DNA of 35,123 nt, taken from contig JAEEOC010000005.1 in the NCBI GenBank assembly GCA_016284035.1, forward strand, positions 1 through 35,123, in the 5' to 3' direction. Of this stretch, positions 17,973-25,762 are shown in pieces (the stretch's first letter is position 1; each line of letters opens with the position of its first letter). This stretch comes from Dehalococcoidales bacterium. Its GTDB lineage: Bacteria > Chloroflexota > Dehalococcoidia > Dehalococcoidales > UBA1222. Made by a program: the position numbers and the translations under genes. The notes under the pieces were generated by a model. That model ran no database searches. It was not told the DNA's origin and saw only the letters and a list, made by a program, of their open reading frames with translations.

Positions 17973-18530
17973 TTAACCTTCCAGTGCTTTTCGAGTCCTG
18001 TCGATCACATAGGATTTGGTGTTCCACCAGCCATCTACGTCAGTATAGTAGCGCAGGTAGGGGATACCTGCATCGATGGTATCTCTGCGGAGCTTCTTGG
18101 CGCCGGACTTCTTCTTGAGGAGTTCGACCACGAGTGCTTTCCTGCCGAGAGAATAGAATGTGAAGAGATATCCTTCATATTCGGTATTGAATCCCGCTTC
18201 GATGGAATACTTACCGGAGAAGTTCTCGTCAAAGATCTTCTTGAAGTACTCATGTGGTTTGCCGTTGAAGTTGAACTGGTTTTCTTCATCGGGCATCTCT
18301 TCGCCCCAGGATACGCCGGACTTAGGTCGGTCGTCGTCGTAACTGTCGTTCTTCTTTTCTTCGACTTTGAACATATCCTTCAAAGGATCGCTGGCTTCTG
18401 CAGGTTTGGCTGAAGCTTCATTCTTTTTCACTTCGATGCCGGCATCCTTCATTGCTTTCTCAAACTCATTGAACTGCTGCTTGAGTTCATCCAGTTTGGC
18501 ATCGCCGAAAAGTTTGTCGAATAGACCCAT
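17973..18530 (-). CDS. Hypothetical RT-linked protein (185 aa): amphipathic N-terminus, charged linker, possible DUF559/DUF2726-like C-terminal fold
   Basis: Start moved from 18605 to ATG 18530 (GGAGG RBS), giving MGLFDKLFG; C-terminal ALVVELL...RRDTIDAGIPYLRYY. Fold call is inference. Confidence 0.8.
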   Translation of the reverse strand: MGLFDKLFGDAKLDELKQQFNEFEKAMKDAGIEVKKNEASAKPAEASDPLKDMFKVEEKKNDSYDDDRPKSGVSWGEEMPDEENQFNFNGKPHEYFKKIFDENFSGKYSIEAGFNTEYEGYLFTFYSLGRKALVVELLKKKSGAKKLRRDTIDAGIPYLRYYTDVDGWWNTKSYVIDRTRKALEG

Positions 18531-18595
18531 ATCATCCTCCTGATAGACCGTGTCCATGAGAGGTGTTAGCGGAAGGACGTGATTGTTTTGCCAGT

Positions 18596-18624
18596 ATTCT
18601 ATCACCCGCTATAGTGCATAACAA
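18596..18624 (-). promoter_or_regulatory. Sigma70-type promoter for the orf185-ncRNA-RT unit (TTGTTA-17-TAGAAT, extended TG)
   Basis: -35 at 18624-18619, -10 at 18601-18596, 17-nt spacer ending TGA. Confidence 0.55.
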
Positions 18625-18711
18625 TCACTACATTATTGGTATTACTTTAATATCTATGCCAAAAATGGTATCTTTTATTCTGTTCATCAAGCATAGATTG
18701 GAATAGTTATC

Positions 18712-19638
18712 ATGTATTACGACAATATCCTTCAGGCAGTCGGCCATACACCAATGGTCAAACTTCAGAGAATGGTCTCGCCCGAGATGGCTGATGTCAT
18801 CGTCAAATACGAGGGCCTCAATGTCGGCGGTTCGATCAAGACCAGAACTGCGCTGAACATGATCGAAGAGGCTGAACGCAAAGGTCTCATCAAAAAGGAT
18901 ACTGTCATCGTTGAGCCTACCAGCGGCAATCAGGGCATCGGTCTGGCATTGGTGGGTGCTGTCAAAGGATACCGCACTGTCATCGTCATGCCTGATTCCG
19001 TCAGCAGCGAACGAAAGTTCCTCATGGAACATTATGGTGCAGAGGTCATCCTCGTACATGATGACGGCAACATCGGCGAATGCATGGAGAACTGTCTCAA
19101 GACAGCTATGAAGATGGCAGAAGAAGATCCCAAGGTCTATGTACCTCAGCAGTTTTCGAATCCTGACAATCCTCTTGCTCATAAGCATCACACTGCTCTT
19201 GAGATCATGGAACAGATCGCAGGTCCCATCCATGGTTTCTGTGCCGGTGTAGGTACCGGCGGTACTCTTTCCGGTATCGGTGAGGTCTTGAAGGCACAGT
19301 ATCCCGACATCGAGATCTGGGCGGTTGAACCTGAGAATGCTGCGATCCTGGCCGGCGGAACTGTCGGAACTCATCTCCAGATGGGTATCGGCGACGGTAT
19401 CATTCCCGACAATCTCAATCAGAACATCTATTCCAGTGTCTATGTCGTAACCGATGAAGAGGCTATCCAGACTGCCAAGGATCTGGCCAAGAAAGAGGGT
19501 CTCATGTGCGGCATTTCCAGCGGAACTAATGTCGCGGCAGCACTCAGTCTGGCTAAAAAGTTGGGTCCCGGCAAGACTGTTGTTACAATATTACCTGATA
19601 CTGCAGAACGATATTTCAGTACGCCCTTGTTCAAATAG
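18712..19638 (+). CDS. cysK: Cysteine synthase (O-acetylserine thiol-lyase family, PLP)
   Basis: GGSIKTR PLP lysine, EPTSGNQG, GVGTGGT, GISSG, PDTAERYFST. Confidence 0.9.
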   Translation: MYYDNILQAVGHTPMVKLQRMVSPEMADVIVKYEGLNVGGSIKTRTALNMIEEAERKGLIKKDTVIVEPTSGNQGIGLALVGAVKGYRTVIVMPDSVSSERKFLMEHYGAEVILVHDDGNIGECMENCLKTAMKMAEEDPKVYVPQQFSNPDNPLAHKHHTALEIMEQIAGPIHGFCAGVGTGGTLSGIGEVLKAQYPDIEIWAVEPENAAILAGGTVGTHLQMGIGDGIIPDNLNQNIYSSVYVVTDEEAIQTAKDLAKKEGLMCGISSGTNVAAALSLAKKLGPGKTVVTILPDTAERYFSTPLFK

Positions 19639-19650
19639 GGCGTGTATCGA

Positions 19651-19726
19651 GCCAGCGTAGCTCAGTTGGTAGAGCAACGGTTTCGTAAACCGTCGGTCAA
19701 GAGTTCAAATCTCTTCGCTGGCTCCA
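19651..19726 (+). tRNA. tRNA-Thr (anticodon CGT)
   Basis: 76-nt cloverleaf: acceptor GCCAGCG/CGCTGGC, anticodon arm ACGGT-TTCGTAA-ACCGT, T arm AAGAG-TTCAAAT-CTCTT, encoded CCA. Confidence 0.97.
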
Positions 19727-19819
19727 TTTTTTTTAGAATTCTTTTTTTCTTTACCTAATTTTTACATTCAGTCGTCTAGAATGTTGGTGAAAGCTTGAAA
19801 AAAACTCTATCCCCTTTAC

Positions 19820-19870
19820 AAAGAAAAAAGGTCTGCGGAATCGGAAGTAACGCAGACCTTTTTCTTTTTT
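19820..19870. terminator. Bidirectional intrinsic terminator
   Basis: AAAAAGGTCTGCG...CGCAGACCTTTTT flanked by A and T runs, between the convergent tRNA and ORF 19885-20262. Confidence 0.8.
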
Positions 19871-19884
19871 CAGTTGTTTAACAG

Positions 19885-20262
19885 CTAGTCTTTTTTCTGT
19901 TTCTCGACGGCAAGTTCGTCAGAGATCCTCTTTGCCATCGCGACGTAGCAACCGACCATGGTGTTGCTTCCCCACTGTTTGGCGGTTTCTTCATCGACTT
20001 CATCGTCGGCTTCGATACCGAACAGTTCGGCCAGTTTTTCGTCGGTGGTGGTATTGTAGGGGCAGTCTTTGGCGATGCACTGATGTCCGGCATCGCAGGT
20101 CCCATCCTCATCGAAATATGTTTCCTGGTTGAAGAGTTTCTTTAAGGGATCGGCGCCGAAAGTCATATATCTGACTTTGTTGCAGAAACCGCAGATAGCG
20201 ATGGAGAAGTTCTGTCCGGACGGCAACTGTAGATCGCGCCATTCTGTGTCGAAAGATTTCAT
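19885..20262 (-). CDS. Hypothetical cysteine-rich protein (125 aa)
   Basis: GGGGG RBS and downstream terminator; CGFC, C-x5-C-x4-C and a further Cys. Confidence 0.8.
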   Translation of the reverse strand: MKSFDTEWRDLQLPSGQNFSIAICGFCNKVRYMTFGADPLKKLFNQETYFDEDGTCDAGHQCIAKDCPYNTTTDEKLAELFGIEADDEVDEETAKQWGSNTMVGCYVAMAKRISDELAVEKQKKD

Positions 20263-20289
20263 TGATAACCCCCTTGTTAATCTTCCCTG

Positions 20290-20306
20290 AATGCTATACT
20301 AGCATT
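20290..20306. promoter_or_regulatory. 7-3-7 palindrome carrying overlapping extended -10 elements for divergent genes
   Basis: AATGCTA-TAC-TAGCATT reads TGcTATACT on + and TGcTAGTAT on -. Confidence 0.5.
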
Positions 20307-20340
20307 TAATATTTCAATCAACAAATGATAGGGGCATTCC

Positions 20341-20820
20341 ATGACTGAAATGAGATTTCGATTTGCTGAAAAGAAAGATGCAGGTCTCGTCCTGGATTTC
20401 ATAAAGGAGCTTGCGGCATACGAGAAGATGGATGATGAGGTCGTCAATACCAAAGAGATGATCGAGGACTGGGTCTTCGACCGTCATTATGCCGAAGTCC
20501 TCTTTGTCATGGAAGATGATAAGGAAGCCGGATTTGCCCTCTTCTTCTATAACTATTCCACTTTTGTCGGACGTGCCGGTCTCTGGCTCGAAGATCTTTT
20601 TGTAAGACCTGATTATCGCGGAAAAGGTTATGGCAAGGCTTTGCTGGAAAAGCTTGCTTCCATTGCAGTAGAGCGCGGATACGGACGTATGGAATGGAAC
20701 TGTCTGGACTGGAACAAGCCCAGTATCGATTTCTATCTCTCAGAGGGTGCGGTCCCGATGGACATCTGGACCACTTACAGACTTACGGGCGATGCCCTTA
20801 AAAAAGCTGGGAACGGTTAG
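20341..20820 (+). CDS. GNAT N-acetyltransferase (diamine/spermidine acetyltransferase-like)
   Basis: FIKELAAYEK, YSTFVG, LEDLFVRPDYRGKGYGKAL, LDWNKPSIDFY. Confidence 0.9.
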   Translation: MTEMRFRFAEKKDAGLVLDFIKELAAYEKMDDEVVNTKEMIEDWVFDRHYAEVLFVMEDDKEAGFALFFYNYSTFVGRAGLWLEDLFVRPDYRGKGYGKALLEKLASIAVERGYGRMEWNCLDWNKPSIDFYLSEGAVPMDIWTTYRLTGDALKKAGNG

Positions 20821-21592
20821 CCGGTTTTCCCAGTAAGTAACCGCCTGAATACTGGACCAGCTCGATCTCACTGTAGATCTTACCGAGTTTCTCTTTGACT
20901 TCTTCGGCTGATGCCGTGCGCATATCCAGTTCATCGATGAGCAGACCGTCATCCACCAGGAAGATCCTGTCGCTGTACTGGATGGCGAAATTGGGGTCAT
21001 GGAGAGTGATTAGACAGGCTTTCTGTTCGCTCTTCACCAGTTCCCTGATACGGTTCAGTACGCGGTGTCTCCTCAGAAAATCGAGGGCGCTGTCGGGTTC
21101 ATCCATGAGCATCACAGGGGTATCCTGTACCAGCGTCCTGGCCAGGATGATCATCTGTTTCTGGCCCTGGCTCAGCTGATTGTACATGCGTTCCTCAAAG
21201 TCCGATACGTTCAGTTTGGCGAGTGCTTCACGTGCCTTGATGCGGTGTTCTTCTCTGGGGGATTCGAGGAGCCCCAGATAAGGATTGGCGCCCATGAGGA
21301 GGACGTCCATCACAGATTTTCCGTGATAGGGACTGCTGACCTGAGGAATGAATGAGATATAGCGGGCCCTTTCATGTTCATTCATCCCGGCGGTATCTTT
21401 GCCTGAGATGATGCATCTGCCTGATGCTTCATTGAGACCGCAGATGCCGCGGAGAAGCGTGGTCTTGCCGCTTCCGTTGAGCCCTAGCAGTGTGCACAGT
21501 TCGCCGCCTGCGATCGAAAAGCTGATGCCTTTCACGATCTCAGTCTTACCGTAGCTGACATGGATGTCCTTGATAGTAAGCAGTTCTTCCAT
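20798..21592 (-). CDS. ABC importer ATPase (FecE/BtuD-like)
   Basis: GLNGSGKTT, LSQGQKQ, MLMDEP, TLHDPN; overlaps the GNAT 3' end by 23 nt. Confidence 0.92.
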   Translation of the reverse strand: MEELLTIKDIHVSYGKTEIVKGISFSIAGGELCTLLGLNGSGKTTLLRGICGLNEASGRCIISGKDTAGMNEHERARYISFIPQVSSPYHGKSVMDVLLMGANPYLGLLESPREEHRIKAREALAKLNVSDFEERMYNQLSQGQKQMIILARTLVQDTPVMLMDEPDSALDFLRRHRVLNRIRELVKSEQKACLITLHDPNFAIQYSDRIFLVDDGLLIDELDMRTASAEEVKEKLGKIYSEIELVQYSGGYLLGKPANRSQLF

Positions 21593-22608
21593 CAGTTGAG
21601 TCCCTTCTGTTTTACAAGGAAGTAGACCAGGACGGGAACGCCGATCATGGTCGTCAGGATACTGATAGGTATCTCAGCGGTATAGATCGACCTCGCCAGG
21701 ACATCGCCGATGATGAGTATCAGCCCGCCGATGAGAGCTGCCATCACACAGGTAGTGAAATTGTTGCGTTTCATGAGGAGCCTTGCGATATGGGGTGCCA
21801 CGAGACCGATGAAAGTGATGAGACCGGATATCGATATCACGGATGCCACCATGAGAGTGGAGAGGGCCAGGATAACGGTCCTTACGTAAGTAAGCCTGAC
21901 TCCCAGCATCTTGCTCTCATCTTCATTCATGGAGAGCAGCCCGATCTGGTTTCTCAGAAGGATGATGCCGATGAAAGAGATCAGGAAGACGGGCAGGATC
22001 GAGAGAAGCTTATCCAGCGTGACATTGGCAAAACTGCCCATGGTCCAGTATTCGATGGCGGCCAATTCGCCCGCGGGATCGGCATAATACTTCAGGAGCA
22101 TGATGAGTGCCCGCGTGGTGTGGGTCAGTACGATACCGGCCAGGATATAGGTCGCTGTGGTATTGGACGGGGTGGCTTTGACCAGAAGGAGCACCAGCAT
22201 TACGACGACGATGCCGCCGATGAAGGCGCCCAGCTGGATGGATAATGCAGTGCCGCCCAGGAAGACGATGGCGATAGCGCTGCCGAGATTGGCGCCCGGT
22301 GCGACGCCGATGATGTCAGGTGATGCCAGATGATTCTTGAAGATGGTCTGGTAGATGCTGCCGGCAAGTCCTAAGCCGATGCCGGCGATGAAGCTTGCAA
22401 GAACACGAGGAACACGCAGAGTATAAAATACCCTGCGTGTTATCTCTTTTACTTCGCCGCCTGTAAGGATCGCGAAGATGTCTTTCAGTGTTATCGGATA
22501 CTGTCCGATACAGATGGCGATTATGATTGCCGCTATGATCGCGATGCTTATCCCTGCAAAGAGCAGGACGGTCTTATTCTTTTTTGCTTCGTGAAGAAGT
22601 GCTGCCAT
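21592..22608 (-). CDS. FecCD/BtuC-family ABC permease
   Basis: LRVPRV, QTIFKNHLASPDIIG, ITFIGLVAPHIAR. Confidence 0.93.
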   Translation of the reverse strand: MAALLHEAKKNKTVLLFAGISIAIIAAIIIAICIGQYPITLKDIFAILTGGEVKEITRRVFYTLRVPRVLASFIAGIGLGLAGSIYQTIFKNHLASPDIIGVAPGANLGSAIAIVFLGGTALSIQLGAFIGGIVVVMLVLLLVKATPSNTTATYILAGIVLTHTTRALIMLLKYYADPAGELAAIEYWTMGSFANVTLDKLLSILPVFLISFIGIILLRNQIGLLSMNEDESKMLGVRLTYVRTVILALSTLMVASVISISGLITFIGLVAPHIARLLMKRNNFTTCVMAALIGGLILIIGDVLARSIYTAEIPISILTTMIGVPVLVYFLVKQKGLN

Positions 22609-23633
22609 TAGTTAATGTTTGATGTATCTGCATCGAAGCCGTAGAACTTCTTGTAGAAATCAGTAAGATCCTTCTTAAAAGTATCGAGTGAATATTTCTC
22701 ACCGTGTGCCTTTGCAAGGATGTAAAGGGTGCCGAGGACGCCGGAAGGAACAGGGGAGTCAAGAGCTTCGAAATAAGGCATCTTGTAGACTGCCTTGTTC
22801 TTTACTGCCTTGACGGAGGCGAGCTGCTTATCATTGAGGACATCATCGATGCTGTAGGATGCTTCGGAAGGCAGGATGATGATATCGGGGTCCATAGCCA
22901 GAAGCTGTTCATATGAGACATCGGTCCATTTGTCGCCGTCGATATCTTTGGCGGCATTGACGGCACCGGCCTTGGCGATCAGGTCAGCCTGGTACATGTT
23001 CTTGGGGGAGGTGGAGAGGTAGGAGGAAACTGCGCCCATGTAGACGACAGGCTTTTCAGCATCGCTGAACTTAGAGGTGATCTTTTCGACCTTCTTGTAG
23101 GTGTCATCGTAATACTTGATGAGTGCATCTGCATTGCCGGGGACGCCGCAGAGGGAAGCGATCATCTTGATCTCTTCTTCCAGGAGAGCCTGGCTTTCAG
23201 GGTAGCAGATAGCGACAGGGATGCCGACTGCTTCGAAAGCGGAGACGTTGCTCTGAAGAGACTTGGCCATGAGGACCAGATCAGGTTCGAGAGCGATAGC
23301 TGCTTCGATGTTGGGCTGTTTCTGGGAGCCGACATTGGGAAGATTGAGGAGTTCGGGGGCTGCCAGTGAATAGATTGGTCGCTGATTGGCTTTTGCTTCG
23401 ATACCGATCAGTCGGTCAGCAAGTCCCAATGCGATAACGGCATAGGTCTGGTTGTAGCCAAAAGATACGATCTTCTGTGCGGGTTTTTCGAGGGTCACGG
23501 TCCTGCCGGCCTGATCCGTTACAGTGACTTGGCCTTCAGTCTGTGTCTTGCCTTTGCCTGAACAGGCAACGCTGGAGAAGACCAGGGTCATGCAGAGGAT
23601 GGCGGAGAGAACACAAAGTAAGAACTTCTTCAT
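22608..23633 (-). CDS. Lipoprotein substrate-binding protein, iron-siderophore/cobalamin (BtuF/FepB-like) class
   Basis: Lipobox SVAC, VTDQAGRTVTLEKPAQKIVS, VSYEQLLAMDPDIII, VKAVKNKAVY; AAGGAG RBS. Confidence 0.9.
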   Translation of the reverse strand: MKKFLLCVLSAILCMTLVFSSVACSGKGKTQTEGQVTVTDQAGRTVTLEKPAQKIVSFGYNQTYAVIALGLADRLIGIEAKANQRPIYSLAAPELLNLPNVGSQKQPNIEAAIALEPDLVLMAKSLQSNVSAFEAVGIPVAICYPESQALLEEEIKMIASLCGVPGNADALIKYYDDTYKKVEKITSKFSDAEKPVVYMGAVSSYLSTSPKNMYQADLIAKAGAVNAAKDIDGDKWTDVSYEQLLAMDPDIIILPSEASYSIDDVLNDKQLASVKAVKNKAVYKMPYFEALDSPVPSGVLGTLYILAKAHGEKYSLDTFKKDLTDFYKKFYGFDADTSNIN

Positions 23634-23750
23634 TGTATGCTCCTTTTACGACATAAAAGTGTACAGATTTACACATAATAATGATAGTATAAATGCTCGT
23701 TGTCAATCTTATAAATAGTATTTATGAAGCATCATGTAGGATAAATGACG

Positions 23751-23779
23751 TTGAATTAATGAATGACGAGTGGTAGACT
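23751..23779 (+). promoter_or_regulatory. Promoter of the rib operon (TTGAAT-17-TAGACT, extended TG)
   Basis: Hexamers with 17-nt spacer about 15 nt upstream of the FMN aptamer. Confidence 0.65.
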
Positions 23780-23794
23780 GTTCTCAAATTGAAT

Positions 23795-23908
23795 AATGAT
23801 CTTCAGGGCAGGGTGTGATTCCCCACCGGCGGTATAACCCGCGAGCCGCAAGGCATGATTCGGTGAGATTCCGAAGTCGACAGTAGAGTCTGGATGGAAG
23901 AAGATTTA
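23795..23908 (+). promoter_or_regulatory. FMN riboswitch (RFN element)
   Basis: ATCTTCAGGGCAGGGTG..ATTCCCCACCGGCGGT...CCCGCGAGC...GATTCCGAAGTCGACAGT..AGTCTGGATGGAAGAAGAT matches the RFN consensus; upstream of ribD. Confidence 0.95.
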
Positions 23909-23979
23909 TGGTAAGAATCTTTGTAAGTATGCGCTGGTATCTATGACCAGAGTTTTTTATTTATAAAAGATGTACGCAG

Positions 23980-24014
23980 AGCCCTGAACATCAGATGTGT
24001 TTGGGGCTTTTTTT
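23980..24014 (+). terminator. Riboswitch-controlled terminator
   Basis: AGCCCTGAACA-loop-TGTTTGGGGCT followed by a T run; 5' arm GCCCTGAA is complementary to TTCAGGGC in the aptamer. Confidence 0.8.
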
Positions 24015-25106
24015 ATGGCGACAGATAAAGAATTTATGCAGATGGCGATCGACCTTGCAGAGAAGGGAATGGGGAACACCTCTCCCAATCCCATGGTCGG
24101 AGCAGTCATCGTAAAAGACGGCCGGGTCATCGGCAAAGGTTTCCATGAGAGATACGGCGAACTCCATGCCGAACGCAATGCGCTGAAGATGTGTACCGAG
24201 GATCCCCGCGGTGCCGTCATGTACGTGACACTGGAACCCTGCTGCCATACCGGAAAACAGCCTCCTTGTACGGATGCAGTGATCTCTTCCGGCATCAGCA
24301 AGGTCGTCGTCGGCTCTTCGGATCCGAATCCCGAAGTAGCCGGTAAAGGCATTCAGATCCTTCGCGAGCATGGTATCGAAGTCATCGAAGGCTTTATGAA
24401 AGAAGAATGCGACGCGCTGAATTATGTGTTCTTCCATTACATTACAAAAAATGTACCTTACGTCGTCATGAAATACGCTATGACCATCGATGGGAAGATC
24501 GCCACCTTTACGGGACACTCCAAATGGGTGTCATGCGAAGAGTCCCGTGAGGATGTCCAGATCCTTAGAAAACGTTATTCTGCCATCATGGTGGGGATCG
24601 GTACGGTGCTTGCGGATGATCCGATGCTCAATTGCAGGATCCCCGGTTCAAGACAGCCTGTCCGCATAATCTGTGATTCAAATCTGAGTATTCCGCTCGA
24701 ATCTAATATCGTCAGGACCGCGCAGGATTATAAGACTGTCATCGCGACATCCAGTGATGACGCTTCTAAGAAAGAAGAACTCAAGGGATTGGGATGCCGG
24801 ATACTGGATATCCCATCCTGTGACGGGCTCCTCGATCTTGAGATGCTCATGAGAGAACTTGGAAATATGAAGATCGACAGTATTCTCCTTGAAGGCGGCG
24901 GTACCATCAACTGGTCGATGGTAAAGGATGGGCTCATCGACAGAGTGGTCACATATATCGCCCCGAAGTTCTTCGGCGGGGATGCGGCAAAATCGCCTGT
25001 GGAAGGACAGGGTTTCGAAGAACCTTTCCAGGCTATGAATCTAAAAGTAGTCTCCGTCAGGAGATGTGATACAGACGTCGTTATCGAGAGCGAGGTGATC
25101 AGATAA
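24015..25106 (+). CDS. ribD: Bifunctional riboflavin deaminase/reductase
   Basis: PNPMVGAV, HAE, TLEPCCH....PPC, LLEGGG; start moved from 23997 to ATG 24015. Confidence 0.96.
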   Translation: MATDKEFMQMAIDLAEKGMGNTSPNPMVGAVIVKDGRVIGKGFHERYGELHAERNALKMCTEDPRGAVMYVTLEPCCHTGKQPPCTDAVISSGISKVVVGSSDPNPEVAGKGIQILREHGIEVIEGFMKEECDALNYVFFHYITKNVPYVVMKYAMTIDGKIATFTGHSKWVSCEESREDVQILRKRYSAIMVGIGTVLADDPMLNCRIPGSRQPVRIICDSNLSIPLESNIVRTAQDYKTVIATSSDDASKKEELKGLGCRILDIPSCDGLLDLEMLMRELGNMKIDSILLEGGGTINWSMVKDGLIDRVVTYIAPKFFGGDAAKSPVEGQGFEEPFQAMNLKVVSVRRCDTDVVIESEVIR

Positions 25107-25753
25107 TGTTTACCGGCATCATCGAAGAAGTCGGAACGATCAGAAGCGTACAGAGGGGACGCGATTCTGAGATCGTCACTGTTTCAGCATCTAAAGTGCT
25201 TGAAGGTACTAAGATCGGCGACAGCATTGCCGTGAACGGCATCTGTCTTACTGTGACTTCCCTTTCCGATGGAGCTTTTTCTGCCGATGTAATGCATGAG
25301 ACTTTAAACAGGTCTTCACTGAAAGGCGCATCTGTCGGTACTAAAGTGAATCTGGAACGCGCCATGCCGGCTGACGGCAGGTTCGGAGGACATATCGTGT
25401 CTGGACATGTGGACGGTACCGGCAGCATCACTTCCATAAGACGTGATGACAATGCTGTCTGGTTCACTGTCAGACCGGCTGCAGGACTCATGCGATATAT
25501 CGTCGAGAAGGGCTCTGTTGCTCTCGACGGTATCAGCCTGACGGTCGCCAAAGTCACTCCCGAGACATTTTCAGTCTCGATCATTCCGCATACTCTCGAC
25601 CAGACAGTGCTCTCGCACCGCAAGGTCGGGGATGACATCAATATCGAGACCGACATCATCGGAAAGTATGTAGAACATTTGCTTAAGAAGGATGAAGCTC
25701 CGGCCGGGAGATCCGGTATCACGGAGGAATTCCTTGAAAGATATGGTTTTTAG
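25106..25753 (+). CDS. ribE: Riboflavin synthase (alpha chain)
   Basis: [32 protein letters not shown]. Confidence 0.96.
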   Translation: MFTGIIEEVGTIRSVQRGRDSEIVTVSASKVLEGTKIGDSIAVNGICLTVTSLSDGAFSADVMHETLNRSSLKGASVGTKVNLERAMPADGRFGGHIVSGHVDGTGSITSIRRDDNAVWFTVRPAAGLMRYIVEKGSVALDGISLTVAKVTPETFSVSIIPHTLDQTVLSHRKVGDDINIETDIIGKYVEHLLKKDEAPAGRSGITEEFLERYGF

Positions 25754-25762
25754 GAGGGATGG

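Noticed and set aside
17812-18027. 71-aa minus-strand ORF spanning the predicted RNA, and plus-strand ORFs 17855-18118 and 17970-18413
   Set aside because: They overlap the 185-aa gene, have no convincing RBS, and RNA structure explains the region better; ribosome profiling could overturn this.
16564-18530. Diversity-generating retroelement
   Set aside because: No ~100-nt TR/VR pair differing at adenines was seen by eye, and the RT lacks the DGR LPIGNLTSQ-type motif. A self-alignment of the genome would settle it.
19621-19643. ACGCCCT...AGGGCGT hairpin over the cysK stop as a terminator
   Set aside because: No U-tract, and the tRNA starts 7 nt later; more likely co-transcribed, with the hairpin as a processing or stability element.
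19651-19726. tRNA-Thr as attachment site of an integrated element
   Set aside because: No integrase and no duplicate of the tRNA 3' end seen in the window.
23634-23750. Cobalamin riboswitch upstream of the Btu/Fec-type importer
   Set aside because: Leader is short and AT-rich with no B12-box motifs.
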